Below, one piece after another: positions 9,927 to 16,760 of a stretch of 33,533 nucleotides of DNA. The notes below the pieces were generated by a model that searched no databases, was not told the DNA's origin, and worked only from the letters and a program-made list of their open reading frames with translations. The DNA comes from an uncultured Clostridia bacterium (lineage in GTDB: Bacteria > Bacillota > Clostridia > Oscillospirales > CAG-272), in contig CALAFS010000159.1 of assembly GCA_937892405.1 (NCBI GenBank), positions 1-33,533 on the forward strand, written 5' to 3'. The stretch's first letter is position 1. Each line of letters opens with the position of its first letter. The translations under genes and the position numbers were made by a program.

Positions 9927-10916
9927 ATGTATACCGCAAACGAGAACCGCTATGCCGACATGACCTATCACAGGTGCGGCAACTCGGGACTGAAGCTCCC
10001 CGCTCTGTCCCTCGGACTCTGGCACAACTTCGGAGATACGGCACCCTACGAGAACATGAAGGCGCTGTGCTTCACGGCGTTTGACCACGGCATCACGCAC
10101 TTCGACCTTGCCAACAACTACGGACCCGAGCCGGGTAGCGCGGAGCGCAACTTCGGACGGATTCTGCGTGAGGAATTCGGCGCCTACCGCGATGAGCTGA
10201 TCGTCAGCACGAAGGCGGGCTACACGATGTGGGACGGACCTTACGGCGACTTCGGGAGCCGCAAGTATCTGCTCGCCAGCCTTGACGCGAGCCTTCTGCG
10301 CCTCGGACTTCCGTATGTGGATATTTTCTACCACCACCGTCCCGATCCCGACACGCCGCTCGAGGAGACGATGGGCGCGCTCGCGCAGGCGGTCTTCAGC
10401 GGAAAGGCGCTCTATGTGGGACTCTCCAACTATAACGGGGAACAGCTCCGCCGCGCCACGGCGATCCTTGAAGAACTTCACTGCCCCTTCGTCATCAATC
10501 AGAACCGTTATTCCATCTTCGACCGCACGGTTGAGCGCAACGGACTGAAGGCGACCGCCGCCGAGCTTGGCAAGGGGATCATCGCGTTCAGTCCGCTGGC
10601 GCAGGGACTGCTCTCCGACCGTTATCTTTCGGGGATTCCGACCGACAGCCGGATCATGACCGACGGCAGATTCCTTCACGCGGACAGCCTGACCGAGGAA
10701 AAACTCACGAAGATCCGCGCCCTCGCCGACATCGCCGCCGCCCGCGGGCAGTCGCTCGCGCAGATGGCGCTCGCGTGGGATCTGCGGGACGGCGTCGTCA
10801 CCTCGGTTCTCATCGGCGCGTCGAAACCGTCGCAGATCCTCGACAACCTCGGCGCCCTCGCCAATACGCATTTCACGGAAGACGAGCTTGCCGCGATTGA
10901 TAAGCTCGGTGACTGA
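9927..10916 (+). CDS. gpr: aldo-keto reductase, YghZ/Gpr-like (L-glyceraldehyde-3-phosphate reductase family)
   Basis: Colinear by eye with E. coli YghZ (GLKLPALSLGLWHNFG, ITHFDLANNYGP.PGSAE.NFGR, SRKYLLASLD, ALYVGLSNY, VTSVLIGAS). It lies only 15 nt after the sensor lipoprotein gene, with an AAAGGAG RBS. Confidence 0.8.
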   Translation: MYTANENRYADMTYHRCGNSGLKLPALSLGLWHNFGDTAPYENMKALCFTAFDHGITHFDLANNYGPEPGSAERNFGRILREEFGAYRDELIVSTKAGYTMWDGPYGDFGSRKYLLASLDASLLRLGLPYVDIFYHHRPDPDTPLEETMGALAQAVFSGKALYVGLSNYNGEQLRRATAILEELHCPFVINQNRYSIFDRTVERNGLKATAAELGKGIIAFSPLAQGLLSDRYLSGIPTDSRIMTDGRFLHADSLTEEKLTKIRALADIAAARGQSLAQMALAWDLRDGVVTSVLIGASKPSQILDNLGALANTHFTEDELAAIDKLGD

Positions 10917-10961
10917 GAGGGACGCCACACGGCGCTCAGAACATCAAAAACCCGAAAACGC

Positions 10962-10993
10962 AAAAAGAGACTGCCGCAGGGCAGTCTCTTTTT
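10962..10993. terminator. bidirectional intrinsic terminator between convergent operons
   Basis: A 10-bp GC-containing stem AGAGACTGCC/GGCAGTCTCT with loop GCAG, flanked by an A-run and a T-run. Confidence 0.8.
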
Positions 10994-11053
10994 GCGTTGT
11001 TACGGTTTCCCATATGGGGCGGCACAGGATTTCGCTTGCCTTTCCGTTTGCTC

Positions 11054-12319
11054 TTAAAAAGTCTCTTTCGCCTGCACGATCTTTTCGATCAGCTCCGAGA
11101 TGATATTATTCCCGAAGAACACGCCGGAGCGCGTCAGGATCACAAGATCCCCCGTGAAGGTGAGATAGCCCGCGTCCGCGAAGGCGGAGAGCTTCTTCTC
11201 AAAGAGGCGCGGCAAGTCGATCCTGAGCCGCTCCGAATAAGGGGAGAGGTGCGCCGTCCCTTTCTGAAGTGCATAGATCAGGGAATCGAGCACCCGATAT
11301 TCCGGGCGCAATACCCGCCCGCGGGAGCAGATCCGTATTTCGTCGGAGATGTTTGCCACGGTGTGCGAGTTGTGGTAGAAATAATTTTCGATATTTCCGC
11401 CCGCACCGTGCCCGAGGGCAATACAGCTGCCGCCGCTGTGGCGGATCTCCATGTAATCATAGCGATCCCGCCCGTCCTTTACGAGCTTCGTCAGCTCGAG
11501 CATACGGTAGCCGTGCGGGGCGAGACGGTCAAAGATCCGATCGAAGAGCGCACGCTCTCTTTCCATATTCTGCATGGCTTCCTTCGTCGCGTCGTCGAGT
11601 CTGCGGTAAAGGGGCGTTTTTTCATGCAGCATCAGAGAGTAGAGGGAGATTCCCGCGACATCGAGCGCCGCGATGGTGTCAAGGTCCCGATCGAGCACTT
11701 CGTCGCTCTCACCCGGGGTGTTGTAGATCAGATCGACGCTGGTATTCGTGATCCCCGCGCGGATCGCCGCCGCCACACGGGAGGCGGCGAACGCACCGCT
11801 CCCGCGTCTGCCGAGCAGCTTCCGCGTTGCGTCGTCAAAGGTCTGAATCCCGATCGAAAGGCGGTTGACCCCGCCCTCCCGCAGGACTTCGATCATCTCG
11901 TCCGACAGTTCGGTCGCCGAGGTTTCGACGCTGATTTCCGCACCGGGTGCGATCGTGAAGCTTTCGTGGAGTGCCGCGAGCACCGCACGCATCTGCGCGG
12001 GGGCAAGGGAGGTCGGCGTCCCGCCGCCGAAGTTGACGGCGTCAATCGGCGCCTTCATGTACGGGTAGTCCCGCACCTCGTGCATCTTGGCGATCAGATA
12101 GTTGTGATAGTCCCGTCTCGACAGCTCGTCCGGACGGTGAAAGGGGCAGAAGGAGCAGACCTTGTTGCAGAAGGGAACATGAAGATAGATCACCCGCCGA
12201 CTTTCCGCCGGCATCGGAAGGACGGCGGAAAGATACTCTCCGCCGTCCTCCTCTACCGTATATTTTTTCTTCAGATCGCGGGACGCGTCATGATGACTTT
12301 TATACCGGTTTGTAAACAT
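11054..12319 (-). CDS. HemN-family radical SAM enzyme, non-canonical; ChuW/HutW-like candidate (anaerobic haem-degrading methyltransferase)
   Basis: CX3CX2C cluster motif in HVPFCNKVCSFCPF. GGGTP, SIGIQTF and VDLIY match the HemN/HemW-type fold. The residues after the cluster are C-P-F rather than the C-D-F typical of HemN/HemW. The start codon overlaps the stop of the upstream binding-protein gene (TAATG). Confidence 0.6.
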   Translation of the reverse strand: MFTNRYKSHHDASRDLKKKYTVEEDGGEYLSAVLPMPAESRRVIYLHVPFCNKVCSFCPFHRPDELSRRDYHNYLIAKMHEVRDYPYMKAPIDAVNFGGGTPTSLAPAQMRAVLAALHESFTIAPGAEISVETSATELSDEMIEVLREGGVNRLSIGIQTFDDATRKLLGRRGSGAFAASRVAAAIRAGITNTSVDLIYNTPGESDEVLDRDLDTIAALDVAGISLYSLMLHEKTPLYRRLDDATKEAMQNMERERALFDRIFDRLAPHGYRMLELTKLVKDGRDRYDYMEIRHSGGSCIALGHGAGGNIENYFYHNSHTVANISDEIRICSRGRVLRPEYRVLDSLIYALQKGTAHLSPYSERLRIDLPRLFEKKLSAFADAGYLTFTGDLVILTRSGVFFGNNIISELIEKIVQAKETF

Positions 12320-13446
12320 TACTTTTCTTTCTTGAAAGAAAACTCGGCGTTGGGATAGAGAATCTCTGCGAGTTTCTGGTATGCCTCGGCAAAGCGGCTG
12401 TTCGGCTTGTTGTGGAACAGCGTCTTTTCGAGATAGAAGACCTTGCCGTTCTGTACCGCCCGCAGCGACTGCCAGACGGGGTTGTCACCGTAGGTGTTTG
12501 CCACCTGCTCTTTTGCCGCGTCGGTGCCGGCATGGCACTGCACGATGATGATATCGGGATCCGCCGCGACGATGGTCTCAAGGTTGATTTCGAGACGGTC
12601 GGCGCCCGCGCTGTTCTCCCAGTCGTCAACGATGTTCTTCGCCTTCATCGCCGTTACCATACCGCCGACGACGGTCGAGGAAGTGTTCGCCTCGAGCTTG
12701 CTCGCGTTGGCGAACATGCTGAAGACGCGGGGCGCGCCCTCGTCCGGAATCTCGCACAGTACATCGACCACATCGTCAAGCGACTTCATGGCGACGCTGT
12801 CCCAGAGTTCGGGGTGACCCGAGAGGTTGCAGAAGACCTTGAACCACTTAAGATAGTCCGAGAAGTCGTCGTACTTCACCGCGATGACGGGAATGTTTGC
12901 CGCCTTTGCCGGCGCTTCCACGGTGGAATAACCGCTCATCGCCGTGGAGCAGATAATCAGCTCGGGATTCAGGGCGATGATCTTTTCCGTATCCCACTTT
13001 TTGCCGGACGAGGAGGCGGCGACGACCGTCATGCCTTCGTCCGTCGTGATGTCTCTTCCGATGTACTCTTTGTACAGTTCCTGAGAGGAGCTTCCGCCGA
13101 TACAGCCGATGACACTGCCGCCCGCCTCATACCAGAGGGTGGTGAAGCTCGCATAGAGGTTGAGCACCTTCGCGGGGTTCTTCTTGATCGTAACGGTGGA
13201 GCCGTCCGTCGAGGTCGCATCCTTGAAGGTGACGGAATCTTCGCTCACGACCACCTCATCGGCGGCAGTCAAGAATCCGGCTTTCAGGCTCGCTTTCAGC
13301 TCGTCTTTTGCGTTGCTGTCCGACGGGTTGTTGCCGTCCGAGGGGTTGTCGCCGTTATCCGGCGGCGTTTCGGGCGTTCCCGCACACGAGGTGAGGGCAC
13401 CTGCCAGAAGGCAGAGGCAGAGAAGCAGGGCAAAAAATCTTTTCAT
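12319..13446 (-). CDS. FecB/BtuF-type (Peripla_BP_2) substrate-binding lipoprotein for an iron-complex/tetrapyrrole ABC importer
   Basis: Start chosen at ATG 13446 (MKRFFALLL..), 8 nt after GGAGG; the track start 13461 has no RBS. Lipobox LTSC is followed by a D/N/P-rich linker. Typical features are KVLNLY..LNPELIIC..DPDIIIV. Confidence 0.8.
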   Translation of the reverse strand: MKRFFALLLCLCLLAGALTSCAGTPETPPDNGDNPSDGNNPSDSNAKDELKASLKAGFLTAADEVVVSEDSVTFKDATSTDGSTVTIKKNPAKVLNLYASFTTLWYEAGGSVIGCIGGSSSQELYKEYIGRDITTDEGMTVVAASSSGKKWDTEKIIALNPELIICSTAMSGYSTVEAPAKAANIPVIAVKYDDFSDYLKWFKVFCNLSGHPELWDSVAMKSLDDVVDVLCEIPDEGAPRVFSMFANASKLEANTSSTVVGGMVTAMKAKNIVDDWENSAGADRLEINLETIVAADPDIIIVQCHAGTDAAKEQVANTYGDNPVWQSLRAVQNGKVFYLEKTLFHNKPNSRFAEAYQKLAEILYPNAEFSFKKEK

Positions 13447-13480
13447 TTGTTTTTCCTCCATGAAAGGTAAAAAATTTATT

Positions 13481-14272
13481 TTATTTTACGGCAAAGGTTG
13501 TCCTTTGCGGAATAAAATACGGGCACCCGTGAATCGGGTCTTTGTAAACGGCGGCTTCAATCTCGAAGATGTCGCGAAGATGTTCTTCCGTTACCATCTC
13601 TTCGGGCGTTCCCTCCGCGAAGAGGACGCCGCCCCGGATCGCCGCCAGAAGATCCGAGTAGCGGGCGGCAAGGTTGATGTCGTGGAGTACCATCACGATC
13701 GTGATCCCGAGCTCGCGGTTGAGCCGTCGGATCAGCTCGAGCACCTCGACCTGATAGCTGACATCGAGATAGGTGGTCGGCTCGTCAAGAATCAGGATTT
13801 CCGGTTCCTGCGCGATCGTCATGGCGATCCACGCGCGCTGTCTCTCACCGCCCGAGAGGGTGGCAAGAATCCGTTCTCCGAGATGGGAGAGCCCCGTCAG
13901 GGAGAGCGCGCGGTCGATGATCTCGCTGTCCTTCATCGTCAGCCCCCTGCCGAAACGGGTGTAAGGGAATCTGCCGTAGGACACCAGCGTGCGCACATCA
14001 ATATCGGGGGGCGACTCATGCACCTGTGAGAGATAGGCGATCTTTCTCGCCAGCTCTTTCGGCGGGTAGGAAGAAAGCTTCTTCTCCCGGTAGATGACCT
14101 CGCCCCGCCTGGGGGAGACCGCTTTGGAGACGGTTTTGAGCAGGGTGGATTTTCCGCATCCGTTCTGACCGATCAGAGTGACGACCTTTCCGTGCGGAAT
14201 CTCGAGCGTCAATCCGCGGAGCACTTCTTTTTTTCCGTAGTCCGCGTAAATGTCGCGAAAACCGAAGTACAT
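13481..14272 (-). CDS. iron-complex ABC transporter ATP-binding protein (FecE/FepC family)
   Basis: Walker A GQNGCGKST, signature LSGGERQR, Walker B ILILDEPT, H-loop VLHD. Confidence 0.9.
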   Translation of the reverse strand: MYFGFRDIYADYGKKEVLRGLTLEIPHGKVVTLIGQNGCGKSTLLKTVSKAVSPRRGEVIYREKKLSSYPPKELARKIAYLSQVHESPPDIDVRTLVSYGRFPYTRFGRGLTMKDSEIIDRALSLTGLSHLGERILATLSGGERQRAWIAMTIAQEPEILILDEPTTYLDVSYQVEVLELIRRLNRELGITIVMVLHDINLAARYSDLLAAIRGGVLFAEGTPEEMVTEEHLRDIFEIEAAVYKDPIHGCPYFIPQRTTFAVK

Positions 14273-14278
14273 CGCCCG

Positions 14279-15331
14279 TCACCCCCTTTTTCCTTCTCTT
14301 GTACGGAGAAGGTAGAGAAAGAAGGGCGCACCGATGAACGAGAGAATGATGCTGACCGGTACCTCGCCGGGAGGCAGAATCACCCGTCCGATCGTGTCGC
14401 AGATACTGACAAGAGAAAAACCGAGCAGGGCGGACGCGGGGAACAGATACTTGTAGTCCGATCCCACAAGGAGCCTTGCGATATGCGGTACCACAAGTCC
14501 GACGAAGCTGATGAGCCCCGCGACGGCGATCGCCGCACCCGCGAGCAGGGAGGACACCGCGATCAGAAAGAAACGGAACAGCTCGGTACGCAGACCGAGG
14601 GCGTTCGCCGTCTCGTCTCCGAGCATCAGAATGTTCATGCGGGAGGGCAGGAACGCGCAGATGAAGATTCCGACCGCCGCATAAGGAAGAATCATGGTGA
14701 AGTTTTTCCAGCCGACGCCGTTCAGTCCGCCGACAAGGAAGCCGGAGGCGTTGCCGAGCGACTCGGCGAAGAAGGTCTTGATGATGTCGTTGAAGGCACC
14801 GAACAGCGCGGATACCGCCATGCCGGAAAGAATCATCTTGACCGGGGAGACACCCTTCTGATACGCCAGCGCGTAGATCAGCATCGTGGTGGCGAAGGCG
14901 CCGAGAATGGAGCCGATCGGCAGAAGATACGAATACGCGGGGAAGGCGACCAGCGTCAGATATCCGATAAAGCTCGCGCCGCCCGTCACACCGATCGTGG
15001 AAGGAGACGCCATGGTGTTGCGCATGACCCCTTGCAGAATACAGCCGGAGAGGGAGAGACACACACCCACAAGTCCGCCGACCAGCACACGGGGAAAGCG
15101 CAGGTTCCACACGAGCAGGCGCGCCATGCTCCCGTCATCGACAAACAATGCCTTCGCCACATCGGGGATCGGAATCTTCACACTGCCGATCCCGGTGCAG
15201 ATCAGCACCGAGAGGACGGAGATCACCCCGAAGGCGAGGATCACGGCGATTTTCGTCGCCCGCCGCCTTGCGCCGATGCCGCCCGCCGTCCCGTCGTGCG
15301 GGGTGGGGGGAGAAACCGTTTTTCTTTTCAT
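14279..15331 (-). CDS. iron-complex ABC transporter permease (FecCD family)
   Basis: A polytopic membrane protein of about 350 aa. RFPRVLVGGLVG, GASFIG, LGDETANALG and LVGSDYK are typical of FecCD/BtuC. Confidence 0.9.
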   Translation of the reverse strand: MKRKTVSPPTPHDGTAGGIGARRRATKIAVILAFGVISVLSVLICTGIGSVKIPIPDVAKALFVDDGSMARLLVWNLRFPRVLVGGLVGVCLSLSGCILQGVMRNTMASPSTIGVTGGASFIGYLTLVAFPAYSYLLPIGSILGAFATTMLIYALAYQKGVSPVKMILSGMAVSALFGAFNDIIKTFFAESLGNASGFLVGGLNGVGWKNFTMILPYAAVGIFICAFLPSRMNILMLGDETANALGLRTELFRFFLIAVSSLLAGAAIAVAGLISFVGLVVPHIARLLVGSDYKYLFPASALLGFSLVSICDTIGRVILPPGEVPVSIILSFIGAPFFLYLLRTREGKRG

Positions 15332-16245
15332 GCTTTTTTGAGGAACTCTGCGACCGCGAGGCGCGCACCCTCCAGCTCTTCGGCGTTCGGGTGTCCGAGG
15401 GATTGTTTCTGCTTTTCAAAGCGCTCCGGCGAGAGATGTCCCTTTTCCCCTTCGGGGATTCTCGTGCGGGCAAAGGTGCGGCGCAGGTCAATGCTTCCGC
15501 GGCAGAGATAATGCCCGAGCAGGGTGTTGTGTTCGGACGCCAGCGCGATGACATTTTCCGTGACTTTGGCGGCGTGCGCCGTGTCGGTTGCGACACCGAG
15601 GGAGCCGATCACGATCAGCTTCTTGCCGTGCATGCGGGCGATCAGGTCGATGGTGTCGTCATCCGCCGTCCCGTGGTTGCACCAGTAGGAGAGCACGAAG
15701 GTGTCGAATTTGTCGATCACCTCGTCGGTGATATAACGGATATTGTAGGGACCCACATGATCGGGCACCGCCTCTGCCGCGGCGGCGGCGAGCTTGTAGC
15801 CGTTGCCGGTGATGGTGGAGAAGATGATCGGCACCGTTTCCTTGAGATCCGGGCGGATTTCCTTTTTATGTACGAGCGCGCCGCCGAGTGCCCTCGCCTC
15901 TTCCTCCGTCGAAGCGGAGGAGAGCATGACACATCTTGCCGCCCGCCCGACGCGCGTGAGGCTTTCGACCGTCTCTTCCTTACCCGCGACCGCGCCGAAC
16001 GGCGCGCACTTTTTACCGGGAAGATAGGGAAGAGAGAGGGAGAAGAGGGACAGGATCTCCTCTGTCAGAGATGCTTCCCCGAGTCCGAACGCCGCCGCAT
16101 CGTATCCGATGAGCACCGCGGGATCGACCGAAGCGTCAAAGAGGTCGACATCGGCGCCGGTTTCTTTTGCCCCGACGGCGAGAGCTTCCGCCATCTTTTG
16201 GAGTGCGTCCTCTTTTTGTAAACAAATGATTGCAAGTCTTGACAT
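15328..16245 (-). CDS. two-domain flavodoxin-fold protein (degenerate N-terminal domain plus FMN-loop-containing C-terminal domain)
   Basis: It is the first gene of the operon, with an ATGA overlap with the permease gene. C-terminal domain: IIFSTITGNGYK (flavodoxin phosphate loop-like) and FVLSYWCNHGT. The N-terminal beta-alpha-beta pattern (LAIICLQKEDA..) lacks that loop. RBS AAGGAGGA. Confidence 0.6.
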   Translation of the reverse strand: MSRLAIICLQKEDALQKMAEALAVGAKETGADVDLFDASVDPAVLIGYDAAAFGLGEASLTEEILSLFSLSLPYLPGKKCAPFGAVAGKEETVESLTRVGRAARCVMLSSASTEEEARALGGALVHKKEIRPDLKETVPIIFSTITGNGYKLAAAAAEAVPDHVGPYNIRYITDEVIDKFDTFVLSYWCNHGTADDDTIDLIARMHGKKLIVIGSLGVATDTAHAAKVTENVIALASEHNTLLGHYLCRGSIDLRRTFARTRIPEGEKGHLSPERFEKQKQSLGHPNAEELEGARLAVAEFLKKA

Positions 16246-16264
16246 AAATCCTCCTTGTCAATAA

Positions 16265-16280
16265 GTTAGCCATGGCTAAC
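16265..16280 (-). promoter_or_regulatory. perfect 16-bp palindrome GTTAGCCATGGCTAAC in the operon leader (operator or RNA hairpin)
   Basis: Self-complementary when read directly. It lies 20 nt upstream of the flavodoxin-fold gene ATG. Confidence 0.5.
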
Positions 16281-16346
16281 CACTATGCTGAAAAATAAAC
16301 CGCAGCCCGCGGCTTTCCCTTCGGAAATGCTACATTTTTCAGAAAA

Positions 16347-16362
16347 GTTAGCTCCTGCTAAC
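16347..16362 (-). promoter_or_regulatory. second GTTAGC-N4-GCTAAC dyad (GTTAGCTCCTGCTAAC), overlapping the predicted transcription start region
   Basis: It has the same 6-bp arms as 16265-16280. It starts about 12 bp downstream of the -10 hexamer. Confidence 0.5.
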
Positions 16363-16373
16363 CGAACGCTTGT

Positions 16374-16402
16374 AGTATAGCATACGCAAAACGCTTTGTC
16401 AA
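16374..16402 (-). promoter_or_regulatory. near-consensus sigma-A promoter of the flavodoxin/ABC/radical-SAM operon
   Basis: On the minus strand: TTGACA (16402-16397), an exact 17-nt spacer, TATACT (16379-16374). Confidence 0.7.
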
Positions 16403-16594
16403 GGGGTTTGAATGTAAAATTTTTGAAGTCGCCCGCACCGCCTTTGAAAACGAAAGAATTCATCGACAGAGACGACCGTATAAAGTCAAAGGCAACAAAA
16501 AATTATCGCCCTCCCTCGGGAGAAGGTATCACGGCGCGCCGTGACTCTTCGATTTGCCGACGAAAAAAGAGCGTTTTTCACACCCGAAAGGCAG

Positions 16595-16630
16595 AAAAAG
16601 CCGTCCTTTGCACGACGGCTTTTTCTTTTT
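16595..16630. terminator. orphan bidirectional intrinsic terminator in the divergent intergenic region
   Basis: AAAAAGCCGTC / GACGGCTTTTT stem with an 8-nt loop. An A-run lies upstream and TTTTCTTTTT downstream. No annotated gene ends here. Confidence 0.6.
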
Positions 16631-16674
16631 CCGATAAAAATCCGATAAAAATATAAAAAATTTTGCGAAAATGT

Positions 16675-16703
16675 TTGCAATTCGGGGAAAAATGTGCTAT
16701 ACT
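16675..16703 (+). promoter_or_regulatory. typA promoter
   Basis: TTGCAA (16675-16680), a 17-nt spacer, TATACT (16698-16703) preceded by a TGn extended -10. Confidence 0.6.
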
Positions 16704-16760
16704 ATCAAAGTTAGAAAAAAATACCTGTATTTTCAGGCGTCAAGAGGAATTCGGAGTTAT

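Noticed and set aside
16246-16402. Fur box or a known riboswitch (cobalamin, NiCo, Mn) in the leader of the iron/haem-type operon
   Set aside because: There is no GATAATGATAATCATTATC-like sequence. None of the conserved cores I know for cobalamin, czcD or yybP-ykoY elements are present. The twin GTTAGC dyads are reported as a finding of unknown class instead.
16396-16656. Small ORFs in the 16246-16760 intergenic region (86-aa plus ORF, 64/65-aa minus ORFs, 31- and 45-codon leader ORFs)
   Set aside because: None has a Shine-Dalgarno sequence. They overlap promoter or terminator elements, and the products are basic low-complexity peptides.
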